From the NCBI GenBank assembly GCA_963791435.1, contig CAWBSL010000002.1, forward strand, positions 559,746 through 623,745: DNA of 64,000 nt, read 5' to 3'. Positions 20,799 to 30,516 of this stretch are shown in pieces (position 1 is the stretch's first letter; the number at the start of each line of letters is the position of its first letter). The notes under the pieces were generated by a model that saw nothing but the letters and a program-made list of their open reading frames with translations, was not told the DNA's origin and searched no databases. The DNA comes from Candidatus Dormiibacterota bacterium. GTDB taxonomy: Bacteria > Chloroflexota > Dormibacteria > Aeolococcales > Aeolococcaceae. The translations under genes and the position numbers were made by a program.

Positions 20799-22462
20799 TC
20801 GACGCCCCGAGCTCGGCGCAGCTCACGCTGGTCCCTCTCGGCGGTCTCGGCGAGATCGGCCGCAACATGCTCGCGCTGAGCTGTGGCGACGACATCGTGG
20901 TCATCGACACCGGCCTCATGTTCCCGGAGCAGGAGATGCTCGGGGTCGACCTCGTGATCCCGGACATCGCGTGGTTGCAGGAGCGCGTCGGGAACATCCG
21001 CGGGATCGTGCTCACCCACGGCCATGAGGACCACATCGGCGCGCTGCCATACGTGCTGCCGCGACTGCCGGTCCCCGTCTACGGGACCGCGCTGACCCTC
21101 GGCTTCCTGCGCAACAAGCTGCGCGAGCACGGGCTCATCGAGACGACGGAGCTGCACACGGTGCGGCCCGGTGACAGGAAATCGCTGGGGTGCTTCGACG
21201 TGGAATGGGTGCACGCCACCCACTCCATCCCGGACGCATGTGCGCTGGTGGTGCGAACACCTGCCGGGGTCATCGTCCACTCGGGCGACTTCAAGATCGA
21301 CACCACGCCGGTGCAGGGCGAGCCGCCCGACCTCGCCCGGCTCGCGCGCGTCGGCGACGAGGGTGTCCTGCTCCTGCTCAGCGACAGCACCAACGCCGAG
21401 CAGGAGGGCACGACGCCGAGCGAGCGCACCGTTGGCGAGGGACTCGCGCCCATCTTCGCCGGCGCGCAGGGCCGCATCCTCATGGCGACGTTCGCGTCCA
21501 ACATCTCGCGCCTGCAGCAGGCCATCAACGCCGCAGAGGCATGCGGACGGCGCTGCTTCATCGTCGGGCGCTCGATGCTCAAGAACATCAAGGTTGCCGA
21601 GGAGCTCGGATACCTGCATGTCCCCCAGGGCATGTTCGTGACGCCGAAAGAGCACGAGCACATCCCCGACAACGAGCTCGCAATCCTCTGCACCGGTGCG
21701 CAGGGAGAGCCACTTTCGGCGCTGGTGCGCATCGCCGCGGGCGAGCACCGGATGGTTTCTCTGCGCGAGGCGGACACCGTCGTCATCAGCGCAAATCCCA
21801 TTCCTGGCAACGAGGAATCGGTGCACCGCACCATCAACAACCTCTACCGGCGCGGCGCCCGCGTCTTCAACTCTTCGCGCCACGGCGTGCACGCGTCGGG
21901 GCACGCGAGTCGCGAGGAGCTCAAGCTCCTGCTGACGCTCACGCGACCGCGCTACTTCATCCCCGTGCACGGTGAATACCGGCATCTCGCGCTGCACGCC
22001 GCGCTTGCGCGATCCGTGGGCATCCCCGCCGAGCGCGTCCTCGCGATCGACAACGGCACGGTGATCGCGCTTGACGAGAACGGGGTTCGACCGACGGGGG
22101 AGCGCGTGCGGACGGGCTACGTGTACGTGGACGGGCTCAGCATCGAGGAGGCGGGCGATGTCGTCTTCCGCGACCGCCAGCAGCTCGCCCAGGACGGTGT
22201 GATCCTGGTGGTCGTCACGGTCGAGAAGTCGAGCGGCGCCGTTGTGGCCGGGCCCGACCTCGTCTCGCGCGGGTTCGTCGCCGACGATGCCGATGCGCTC
22301 TTCGAGGAGGCGCGCGAGCACGTCCTGTCGCTGGTGGCGCGGCTCACGCCGGATGCCGGGTACACCGCCTGGCAGGGAGCGATCCACGAAGGCCTCTCGC
22401 GCTTCCTCTACAAGAAGACCAAGCGGCGGCCGCTCATCCTGCCGCTCGTGACCGAGGTCTAG
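20795..22462 (+). CDS. rnj: Ribonuclease J
   Basis: Metallo-beta-lactamase plus beta-CASP: LGGLGEIGRNM...IVLTHGHEDHIGALP..., about 555 aa. Confidence 0.92.
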   Translation: MIDAPSSAQLTLVPLGGLGEIGRNMLALSCGDDIVVIDTGLMFPEQEMLGVDLVIPDIAWLQERVGNIRGIVLTHGHEDHIGALPYVLPRLPVPVYGTALTLGFLRNKLREHGLIETTELHTVRPGDRKSLGCFDVEWVHATHSIPDACALVVRTPAGVIVHSGDFKIDTTPVQGEPPDLARLARVGDEGVLLLLSDSTNAEQEGTTPSERTVGEGLAPIFAGAQGRILMATFASNISRLQQAINAAEACGRRCFIVGRSMLKNIKVAEELGYLHVPQGMFVTPKEHEHIPDNELAILCTGAQGEPLSALVRIAAGEHRMVSLREADTVVISANPIPGNEESVHRTINNLYRRGARVFNSSRHGVHASGHASREELKLLLTLTRPRYFIPVHGEYRHLALHAALARSVGIPAERVLAIDNGTVIALDENGVRPTGERVRTGYVYVDGLSIEEAGDVVFRDRQQLAQDGVILVVVTVEKSSGAVVAGPDLVSRGFVADDADALFEEAREHVLSLVARLTPDAGYTAWQGAIHEGLSRFLYKKTKRRPLILPLVTEV

Positions 22463-22656
22463 AAACCTCCAACAGGAGTCTTCGCGACAACACATTCGTG
22501 TAGTATGGGCACGGATGTTCGCCGCGCGCCTTCTGGCCTTCCGACCCGATCCGCAATCCGCCTTCGCATTTGCGGTGGCCGATTTGCTGATAGCATCGGG
22601 CCCGATCCAGGGGCCCCGGTAGCCCGTCTTCCACGCGTTCCACATCGAGTTCACGA

Positions 22657-24975
22657 ATGGCTCGCTCCGCCCCATCCCGCCCAACGCGCAAGCGCACGCC
22701 GTCGCGGCGCCCTGCAGCGCGCCCGCGAACGCGCGGAGCGGCGTCGCCGCGCGCGCCCTTGCTCCATCGCGACCTCCGCCGTGAACTGACCGGAATCGGC
22801 GCGATCGGCGTCGGCGTGATCCTTGCGGCGGTGCTGGTGCTTCCCGGAAATGGAGCCGTGGCCGGACCGGTGCACGACGGTCTCTTCGGAGCGTTCGGGG
22901 TTGGTGCCTGGATCGGCGTCGCGGGGCTGATCCTGACCGGCGCACGCCTCTGCATGACCCCGGAATGGCGGGCGGGAACCCTCGCGGCGCTCGGCAGCGC
23001 CATCGCCATGCTCGCGCTGCTCGGCTTGATCGGCATGCTCGGTGGCGATGGCGGCGCCCTGGGGCGCTCGATTGGTTCAGGCGTCGAGCGGGTGCTCGGC
23101 GGCGCCGGCGCGGGGGCCGCATTGATCGTGGTCGCGTTCCTCGGCGTCATCCTGGCCACGGATCTGCGCACCGGTACGGTCATCCGGGCGCTTGGCCGCT
23201 GGTTCGCAGCCGAGGGTGAGGGACTCCGTCACGATCGTTCGGCCACGCTGCCGACTGCGCGTGGCCGATCGTTCCCGTCGCCCGTTTCGGAGCCGACCAC
23301 CGAGTTGACCGGGACGGCCATGACGCTGCCGTTCGACCTCCCCAAACCGCTTCCTCCGCCGGTCACGGCGTTCCTCGACCCAGAGGAGGCGCAGGCCACT
23401 GGGGAGGATGCAGGCGACCACGGCTTCACGCGCGAATTCGAGGGCGTGCCGGTGCTGCCCGGGGATGCACCACCCCCCCCGGCCATCGGTCCGGTACCGG
23501 AGGTCGGGCTCGGCCATGCCGAGCTGCTCAGCGACGAGCCCGAAAAGGTGTGGGTGCTGCCGACGGCCGACCTGCTCGACGTGATCACCGGCAAGCGCGA
23601 GCGTCTCGCCGCGGAAGTTCGTGCCACGGGTGACAAGATCGTCAGCACCCTGCAGTCCTTCGGCATCGAGACGCGCATCGTCGGCGCCAACAGCGGTCCG
23701 ACGGTCACGCAGTACGAGCTGCAGCCGGCGGTGGGCGTTCCGGTACGCCGGATCCTCGGCTACCAGACCGACCTCGCGCTGGCGCTCGCCGCGCCGATCC
23801 GCATCCAGCCGTTCATCCCCGGAAAATCGGCGATCGGTGTCGAGGTGCCGAACAAGGCGGCGCAGCTGGTGAGTCTGAAGGAGACGATCGAGTCGCCGGC
23901 ATTCGCCGACCGGCGCAACAAGCTGAGCGTCGCGCTCGGTGCCGACGTCAGCGGGCACCCGGTGATCGGCGACCTCACGCGTATGCCACATCTCCTGATC
24001 GCCGGTGCGACCGGGAGCGGCAAGTCGGTGTGCATCAACGCGGTGCTCGGCGGCTTCCTGCTCCAGGCCACACCGGCGCAGCTGAAGATGATCCTCATCG
24101 ACCCGAAGCGTGTCGAGCTCAGCAACTTCGCCGACCTGCCGCATCTGCTGGTGCCGGTCGTCGTCGAGCCCGAGGCCGCCGTGGCGTCGCTCCGCTGGGC
24201 GGTGAAGGAGATGGAGGAGCGCTACAAGCTCTTCGCGTCACACGCCGCCCGAAACATCGTGGCCTTCAACGAGAAAGCGCCCGGGCTCGGCGTTGCGCCG
24301 TTGCCGTACATCGTCATCGTCATCGACGAGCTCGCCGACCTGATGATGGTGGCGGCGGGGGAGATCGAGGACCTGATCTGCCGGATCGCGCAGCTGGCGC
24401 GAGCCGTCGGACTGCACCTGATCGTCGCCACGCAGCGACCGTCGGCAGACATCATCACGGGCCTCATCAAGGCGAACATCCCGAGCCGTGTGGCGTTCGC
24501 GGTCTCGAGTGGCGTGGACTCACGGGTCATCCTTGATGAGATGGGCGCAGAGAAGTTGCTCGGCCGCGGCGACATGCTCTACCTGCCGATCGACGAGGGC
24601 AAGCCACGCCGTCTGCAGGGTGCGTTCGTCAGCGATCGCGAGCTCGACACGCTCATCGGCCACTGGAAGCTGCAGGGCAAGCCCGACTACCAGGAGGAGA
24701 TCTTCACCGTCGAGGCGACGGTGTCGTGGGCGCGTGACGCCACCAAGCGCGATCCACTGTTTGCCAAGGCAGCACATACCGTTGCGGCAGAAGGGCGCGC
24801 TGCCGCATCGCTGCTCCAGCGCAAGCTCAGCGTCGGGTACACACGGGCGGCACGGCTCATCGATCAGCTCGCCGAGGCCGGCGTGGTCGGGCCCTTCGAG
24901 GGCAGCAAGTCGCGCGACGTCCTGATGGACGTGTTCCAGGTCGACGAGCTGCTCTCAGACCTGGGCGACGAGTAG
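22657..24975 (+). CDS. ftsK: DNA translocase FtsK/SpoIIIE
   Basis: N-terminal TM segments, a Pro-rich linker, a motor domain (HLLIAGATGSGKSVCINAVL...VIVIDELADLMM) and a C-terminal gamma wHTH. Confidence 0.93.
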   Translation: MARSAPSRPTRKRTPSRRPAARPRTRGAASPRAPLLHRDLRRELTGIGAIGVGVILAAVLVLPGNGAVAGPVHDGLFGAFGVGAWIGVAGLILTGARLCMTPEWRAGTLAALGSAIAMLALLGLIGMLGGDGGALGRSIGSGVERVLGGAGAGAALIVVAFLGVILATDLRTGTVIRALGRWFAAEGEGLRHDRSATLPTARGRSFPSPVSEPTTELTGTAMTLPFDLPKPLPPPVTAFLDPEEAQATGEDAGDHGFTREFEGVPVLPGDAPPPPAIGPVPEVGLGHAELLSDEPEKVWVLPTADLLDVITGKRERLAAEVRATGDKIVSTLQSFGIETRIVGANSGPTVTQYELQPAVGVPVRRILGYQTDLALALAAPIRIQPFIPGKSAIGVEVPNKAAQLVSLKETIESPAFADRRNKLSVALGADVSGHPVIGDLTRMPHLLIAGATGSGKSVCINAVLGGFLLQATPAQLKMILIDPKRVELSNFADLPHLLVPVVVEPEAAVASLRWAVKEMEERYKLFASHAARNIVAFNEKAPGLGVAPLPYIVIVIDELADLMMVAAGEIEDLICRIAQLARAVGLHLIVATQRPSADIITGLIKANIPSRVAFAVSSGVDSRVILDEMGAEKLLGRGDMLYLPIDEGKPRRLQGAFVSDRELDTLIGHWKLQGKPDYQEEIFTVEATVSWARDATKRDPLFAKAAHTVAAEGRAAASLLQRKLSVGYTRAARLIDQLAEAGVVGPFEGSKSRDVLMDVFQVDELLSDLGDE

Positions 24976-25047
24976 CCGGGCGCCTTCCTGAGCCGTCGCG
25001 GACTCCGCGGCGCTGCCCCACGTCGCGGATCGCTATCCTCATCAGTC

Positions 25048-25539
25048 ATGCCGCAGGACCACAGCTTCGACGTCGTCAGCGAATTCGACCGCCAGGAGCT
25101 GGTGAACGCCGTCGACCAGGCCCGGCGTGAGATCACGACGCGCTACGACTTCAAGGGGATCGACGTCGAGATCACGCTCGAGGACGAGACCATCACGCTG
25201 CTCACCGGCACCGATTCACAGCTGAAGTCAATCATCGACGTGCTCCAGAGCAAAGCGCACCGGCGGGGCATCGACCTCAAGGTGCTCGATCCGCAGAAGC
25301 CGGAACCGGCGGCCAAAGGCAATGTGCGTCAGGTCGTCAAGCTCCGCAAGGGCATCGGCGAGGACCTGGCTCGGGATCTGACCAAGCGGATCCGCGGCCA
25401 GCACCCGAAGGCGCAGGTCCGCACGCAAGGGGACCAGCTGCGGGTCTCGAGCAAGGACAAGGACGAGCTGCAGGCGGTCATCCAGCAGCTCCGCGACACC
25501 GAGCTCGACGTTCCGCTGCAGTTCACCAACTACCGGTGA
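25048..25539 (+). CDS. yajQ: YajQ family cyclic-di-GMP-binding protein (UPF0234)
   Basis: SFDVVSEFDRQELVNAVDQARREITTRYDFKG.., 163 aa. Confidence 0.85.
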   Translation: MPQDHSFDVVSEFDRQELVNAVDQARREITTRYDFKGIDVEITLEDETITLLTGTDSQLKSIIDVLQSKAHRRGIDLKVLDPQKPEPAAKGNVRQVVKLRKGIGEDLARDLTKRIRGQHPKAQVRTQGDQLRVSSKDKDELQAVIQQLRDTELDVPLQFTNYR

Positions 25540-25590
25540 CACGCGGTCGGGACTGCGTCCGGCGCCCGGACAGCGTCGCCGCCTGACCTC

Positions 25591-26157
25591 ATGAGCGAGG
25601 CGCGCGCGCCGGACGCGGACGCCGAAAGCAGGCTGCCCATCCTCGAAGCCGCGTTCCCGCAGGCGGCGGTCCTGGGGCGGGCGCTCGCGGAGGCAGGGCT
25701 GACCATCGCGGTGGGGGAGTCGTGCACCGGTGGACTCCTCGGCGCAGCGATCACCGCTGTGGCGGGATCCTCTGTGTACATGCGTGGCGGCGTGATCGCC
25801 TACGCGGATGACGTCAAGTCGGAGCAGCTCGGCGTCGGCCGCCACCTGCTCGCAACCCACGGCGCCGTGAGCGCCGAGGTCGCCGAGGCGATGGCAGCCG
25901 GGGCACGTGTCCGTTTCGAGGCGGACCTCGGCGTGGGGATCACGGGCGTCGCCGGCCCGGGCTCGAGCGAGCACAAGCCGGCTGGACTGGTGTTCGTCGC
26001 GGTCGCCCTTGCGGCGTCGGTGCGGGTGGTCCGTCTCAACTCCGATCGGGGCCGCGAACTCAACCGCGCCCACGCCGTCGAGACCGCGTTGACCCTTTGC
26101 AGCGAGGTGATCCGGGACCGTCTCGGTCCTGGTTCTGATCGCACAGGCGTCCGGTGA
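25591..26157 (+). CDS. cinA: CinA C-terminal domain protein (nicotinamide-nucleotide amidohydrolase PncC-like)
   Basis: AVGESCTGGLLGAAITAVAGSS..GGVIAY...GVGITGVAGP. Conserved position upstream of recA. Confidence 0.85.
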   Translation: MSEARAPDADAESRLPILEAAFPQAAVLGRALAEAGLTIAVGESCTGGLLGAAITAVAGSSVYMRGGVIAYADDVKSEQLGVGRHLLATHGAVSAEVAEAMAAGARVRFEADLGVGITGVAGPGSSEHKPAGLVFVAVALAASVRVVRLNSDRGRELNRAHAVETALTLCSEVIRDRLGPGSDRTGVR

Positions 26158-26203
26158 GAAGGGTCCAACTTCGGGCTTGCCACGTCCTCACGAAGGTTGT
26201 ACA

Positions 26204-26215
26204 GTACAAATGTTC
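26204..26215. promoter_or_regulatory. LexA-box-like site in the recA leader (AGTAC-N4-GTTCG), embedded in the palindrome TTGTACaGTACAA
   Basis: GTACAAATGTTC sits about 200 bp upstream of the recA start. It has one mismatch to GAAC-N4-GTTC. The perfect 6-1-6 palindrome TTGTACAGTACAA at 26197-26209 overlaps it. Confidence 0.45.
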
Positions 26216-26415
26216 GCCCCACCCGGTGAGCCCGGACGCGCCGCCCGTCGCGACGCCCTACGGCACCGCAGCCCGCACCTCCAACCTTTTCAATCAACCC
26301 TTGGAGTACAGCTTTGACGAACACACTAGTAAGTCGTACTATCGATACCCTCGAGCCCGTTGTGGAAGTGAACGGCAAGCGTGCTCGAGCGCCCCGTGAC
26401 GAGAGGAGTGAGCCC

Positions 26416-27471
26416 GTGACGACTGAGCGGGACCGGGCCTTGCAGACGGCACTCGGACAGATCGAGCGAGCCCACGGAAAGGGAGCGATCATGCGTCTCG
26501 GCGACGTCCACGCTCAGCACATCGATGTCATCCCCACCGGTGCTTTGACCCTGGACATCGCGCTCGGTGTCGGCGGCATACCGCGCGGTCGCGTCGTCGA
26601 GATCTATGGACCGGAGTCGTCGGGCAAGACGACGCTCACGCTTCACATCATCGCGGAGGCGCAGCGTCGTGGCGGTGTCGCGGCATTCATCGACGCCGAG
26701 CACGCGCTCGATCCGCAGTACGCATCGCGCATCGGCGTGAACACCGAGGAGTTGCTCATCTCGCAGCCGGACACCGGCGAGCAGGCGCTCGAGATCGTCG
26801 AGGTACTGGTGCGCAGCGGAGCGGTCGACGTCGTCGTGATCGACTCGGTCGCCGCCCTGGTTCCCAAGGCAGAGATCGATGGTGAGATGGGGGACAGCCA
26901 CGTCGGCCTGCAGGCCCGGCTCATGTCCCAGGCGATGCGCAAGCTCACGGGCGCGATCAGCCGTTCCAACACCTCGGTCATCTTCATCAACCAGCTCCGC
27001 GAGAAGATCGGCGTGATGTTCGGCAACCCCGAGGTCACGAGCGGTGGCCGCGCGCTGAAGTTCTACGCGTCGGTGCGCATGGACATCCGCAAGATCGACT
27101 CCATCAAGCAAGGGCTCGACGTCGTCGGCAGCCGCGTCAAGGTCAAGGTTGTCAAAAACAAGGTCGCGCCCCCGTTCCGGGTGGCCGAGTTCGACATCCT
27201 GTACAACGAGGGCATCTCGTATGCGGGCAGCGTGCTCGACATGGGGATCGATGCGCACATCATCGACAAAAGCGGCGCCTGGTTCTCGTACGGGGACATG
27301 CGCCTCGGTCAGGGTCGTGAGAACGTCCGCGACTTCCTTCGCGGAAACCCCGATCTCCTCGAGGAGGTGGCAGCAAAGGTCCGCATCGCCGCGCTGCCGG
27401 AGCCGGTGCTGCACGACGCTGTCGTCGAATTGAGCGGCGAGGTGCCGCCATTGCCCGCACCCGTCGTCTGA
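26416..27471 (+). CDS. recA: Recombinase RecA
   Basis: [24 protein letters not shown]...[13 protein letters not shown]...[20 protein letters not shown] 26416 with GAGAGGAG SD. The longer ATG-initiated ORF (26314) adds a non-conserved 34-aa extension. Confidence 0.93.
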   Translation: MTTERDRALQTALGQIERAHGKGAIMRLGDVHAQHIDVIPTGALTLDIALGVGGIPRGRVVEIYGPESSGKTTLTLHIIAEAQRRGGVAAFIDAEHALDPQYASRIGVNTEELLISQPDTGEQALEIVEVLVRSGAVDVVVIDSVAALVPKAEIDGEMGDSHVGLQARLMSQAMRKLTGAISRSNTSVIFINQLREKIGVMFGNPEVTSGGRALKFYASVRMDIRKIDSIKQGLDVVGSRVKVKVVKNKVAPPFRVAEFDILYNEGISYAGSVLDMGIDAHIIDKSGAWFSYGDMRLGQGRENVRDFLRGNPDLLEEVAAKVRIAALPEPVLHDAVVELSGEVPPLPAPVV

Positions 27472-27490
27472 CGCGCGGACATCGGCGACG

Positions 27491-27979
27491 GTGCGAATGA
27501 AGGGGTCGAGTCCGCCGGCGATGCCCGAAAGCCCTGACGCCGCGGAGGATGCCGCCTTGCGCATCCTCCGTGGTGCGGGGCAGTCGGGGATGTCGCTGCA
27601 GCGCAAGCTGGAACAACGGGGCTACACGAGAGAAGCCGCGACGGAGGCGGTCGAGCGCTGTATCGCCACCGGGTACGTCAATGACGCTGCGATGGCCGTG
27701 TCGGTGGCGGCGCGGCACCGTCGCGCCGGGCACGGCAGTGCACGGGTCGCGGCAGACCTCAAGTCGAAGGGCGTGGCGGGCGACCTCATCACCGATGCGC
27801 TCGAGGGCCAGAGCGATTCCGAGGAGGACTCCGCACTCGCAGTCGCGCGACAACTCTGGCTGCGTGCCCGGCCTGTGGATTCTCGCGACCGGCGGGCGTA
27901 CATGCGTGTCGCCGGCGCACTGCAGCGCCGAGGGTTTTCGACGTCGGTGATCTCGCGGGTGATGCGCGGATTGACCTGA
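27491..27979 (+). CDS. recX: Recombination regulator RecX
   Basis: Three-helix repeat pattern AEDAALRIL...LQRKLEQRGYTREAATEAVERC..GYVND. Sits directly after recA. Confidence 0.85.
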   Translation: MRMKGSSPPAMPESPDAAEDAALRILRGAGQSGMSLQRKLEQRGYTREAATEAVERCIATGYVNDAAMAVSVAARHRRAGHGSARVAADLKSKGVAGDLITDALEGQSDSEEDSALAVARQLWLRARPVDSRDRRAYMRVAGALQRRGFSTSVISRVMRGLT

Positions 27980-27995
27980 CTGTCAGACTCTGTGC

Positions 27996-28967
27996 ATGGA
28001 ATACACGCACCTCGGTCGCTCTGGTCTGTCCGTCAGCCGCCTCTGCCTCGGCACCATGAACTTCGGTCCGTTGACCGACGAGCCCACGTCGCACCAGATC
28101 ATGGACTCGGCGCTCGATGTCGGCCTCAACTTCTTCGACACCGCCAACGTCTACGGATGGAAGAAGGGCGAGGGCATCACCGAGCAGATCCTCGGCAGAT
28201 GGTTCGCGCAGGGTGGCGGCCGTCGCGAGAAGGTCGTGCTCGCCACGAAGCTCTACGGCTCGATGAGTGACTGGCCCAACGACACGTTCCTCTCTGCCCG
28301 CAACATCCGCAACGCGTGCGAGGGCTCGCTGCGACGCCTGCAGACCGACCACATCGACCTCTACCAGATGCATCACGTCGATCGGAACACGCCGTTCGAT
28401 GAGATCTGGGAGGCGATGGAAGTGCTGGTGCAGCAGGGCAAGGTTCTCTACGTCGGCTCGTCGAACTTCGCCGGCTGGACCATCGCCCAGGCCCAGGAGA
28501 CTGCGCGAGCCCGGCACTTCCTCGGGCTGGTGAGCGAGCAGTGCCTGTACAACCTCGTCGAGCGCCACGTCGAGGAGGAGGTCGTGCCCGCGGCGCAGCA
28601 CTACGGAGTCGGCATCATCGCCTGGAGCCCGCTCATGCGAGGGCTGCTCGGCGGCGTCCTCGCCAAGGAGCAGGGGACCGGCAGGTCGGCGTCGGAGGTT
28701 ACGCAGAAGCTCCTGGCCGAGCACCGCTCGAAGATCGAGGCGTACGAAGCGTTCTGCGCGAAGCGGGGTGAGCATCCCTCGGCGGTGGGGCTTGCGTGGC
28801 TGCTCGCCCAGCCGGGCGTCACCGGGCCGATCGTGGGGCCCCGGACCATGGAGCAGTTCCAGAGCAACCTTCAGGCGCTCGACGTGCACCTCGATACCGA
28901 TGCGCTCGCGCAGCTCGATGCGATGTTCCCGGGTCCGGGGACGGCACCCGAGGCCTGGGCCTGGTAA
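27996..28967 (+). CDS. Aldo/keto reductase family oxidoreductase
   Basis: LGRSGLSVSRLCLGTMNFG...FFDTANVYG...HIDLYQMHHVD... Confidence 0.88.
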   Translation: MEYTHLGRSGLSVSRLCLGTMNFGPLTDEPTSHQIMDSALDVGLNFFDTANVYGWKKGEGITEQILGRWFAQGGGRREKVVLATKLYGSMSDWPNDTFLSARNIRNACEGSLRRLQTDHIDLYQMHHVDRNTPFDEIWEAMEVLVQQGKVLYVGSSNFAGWTIAQAQETARARHFLGLVSEQCLYNLVERHVEEEVVPAAQHYGVGIIAWSPLMRGLLGGVLAKEQGTGRSASEVTQKLLAEHRSKIEAYEAFCAKRGEHPSAVGLAWLLAQPGVTGPIVGPRTMEQFQSNLQALDVHLDTDALAQLDAMFPGPGTAPEAWAW

Positions 28968-28977
28968 CCCGTCGCGG

Positions 28978-30267
28978 TCAGACGTCGGCGCCGGCGACCT
29001 TCGCGTTGCGCTCGTACCGGACCACGGGTCCAAGGGTGAAGAAGGTCGACGTCGCCAGGAGCACCCCGAGGATCACCAGGCCGTCGATGCCGAGGAGATG
29101 CGCGGCGTACCCGCCGAGCAGCGCGCCGATCGCGCCGCCACCGGCGAGCGCCACCGTGTAGAAGGACATCAGCGCCGATCGGTCCGCGCTCAAGCTCTCG
29201 GAGCAGTCGGCCAGGTACGTCACCGCGGCCGGACCGAAGCCGGCCAGCCAGAGGATGCCGGCCACGAGGAACGGGACCACCAGCAGCATCCCGACGGGCG
29301 GGAGATGGTTGATCGCCAGGAGCGCCACCATCGTCAGCCAGCCCCCGGGCACCGCTCGCCGCATCACGATCGCGGGACCGAGGCGGGCGACGAACGGCGT
29401 CCAGAGAATGATGCCCACCAGGAACACAGCGATCCACAGGATGAGGAAGAGCCCGATGAGGCGGACATCGAAGTGGTGCATCAACGACTGTGACGTGACC
29501 GCGCGATGCCGCAGCAAGGCAGGCAGGTTGGCGACGAACGCTCCGATGAGGGCGAAGGACATGATCCACGCGGGCAGGAAGGTGCGCATCGGGCCCGGAC
29601 CGACCGCCGCGCGGAAGACGACGCGCAGCGAGTGCACCGGCATCGGTGGCACGCGCGGGACGAAGACGAAGCAGACGGCCGCCGCGCACGCGTAGAGCCC
29701 GGCGAGGAGCACGAATGCCCAGCGGCCGAGACCGAAGTACGCCACCGATCCCAGCCCGAAGCCACCGGCATACCCGATCAGCGTCGACGCCTCGAACGCG
29801 CCGCTCGCCCCCGCGCGCCGCTTGCGATCGCCGGAGGTCGCCGCGGCAACGGTTCCGAGCGCGACCGGGACGAACGCGGCAGCGCCGAACCCCTCGAGCA
29901 ATCGGGCGCCCCCGAGCTGTGCCGGGCGGACACCGAGCGCGACGAGCAGCACCGCGATGACACAGACGACCGGGCCCATCACCAGGAAACGGCGGCGGCC
30001 GAACCGGTCGGCGAATCGCGCCAGGATTGGCGCGAACACCATCTCCGTCACGGCTTGCGCGGCCCCGACCAGGCCGATGTCGAACCCGTTCGGCCTGCCG
30101 TTGGCAAGGTCGCTCAGCCGGAATTGCACGGCGACGCCCACCCCGACCGCGCCGACGCGCAGGAGGCCACTGGCGATCAGCAGTGCACCGATGGCTCGCG
30201 GAGCCGTGTTGCGCAAGTCATCATCGCCGGCCGTCTCCAGCACGCCGACGACCTCCCGGTCGGTCAC
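28978..30267 (-). CDS. MFS transporter
   Basis: 12-TM profile with MFS motif region ...FADRFGRRRFLVMGP... Convergent with the AKR gene. Confidence 0.8.
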   Translation of the reverse strand: MTDREVVGVLETAGDDDLRNTAPRAIGALLIASGLLRVGAVGVGVAVQFRLSDLANGRPNGFDIGLVGAAQAVTEMVFAPILARFADRFGRRRFLVMGPVVCVIAVLLVALGVRPAQLGGARLLEGFGAAAFVPVALGTVAAATSGDRKRRAGASGAFEASTLIGYAGGFGLGSVAYFGLGRWAFVLLAGLYACAAAVCFVFVPRVPPMPVHSLRVVFRAAVGPGPMRTFLPAWIMSFALIGAFVANLPALLRHRAVTSQSLMHHFDVRLIGLFLILWIAVFLVGIILWTPFVARLGPAIVMRRAVPGGWLTMVALLAINHLPPVGMLLVVPFLVAGILWLAGFGPAAVTYLADCSESLSADRSALMSFYTVALAGGGAIGALLGGYAAHLLGIDGLVILGVLLATSTFFTLGPVVRYERNAKVAGADV

Positions 30268-30516
30268 GCGTCTAGGGTAGTCCCCCGCGTGGCATTGATC
30301 GAAACAAGCGGGTTACCCCTTTGGCTCGTACAATGACATCGTCCTTCCGTCGCGAACGACCGGCCAGAAGCGGGCCGGCCCCGACCGGATCATCGAGACG
30401 TTGCGGGTCTCGCCCCGGTCCCCTTCTCGACGAGAGGCATTCCAAGCAGGGCGCCTGGCGCCCGACCTCCGAGGTTCCATCCCATCGGCATCGAGATCAT
30501 CGCCCCGGTAGGGCTA

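Noticed and set aside
26314-26415. The long ATG-initiated recA ORF (385 aa) starting at 26314
   Set aside because: The extra 34 residues are not conserved in RecA. GTG 26416 with a strong GAGAGGAG SD gives the canonical N-terminus, so the extension is probably an untranslated leader.
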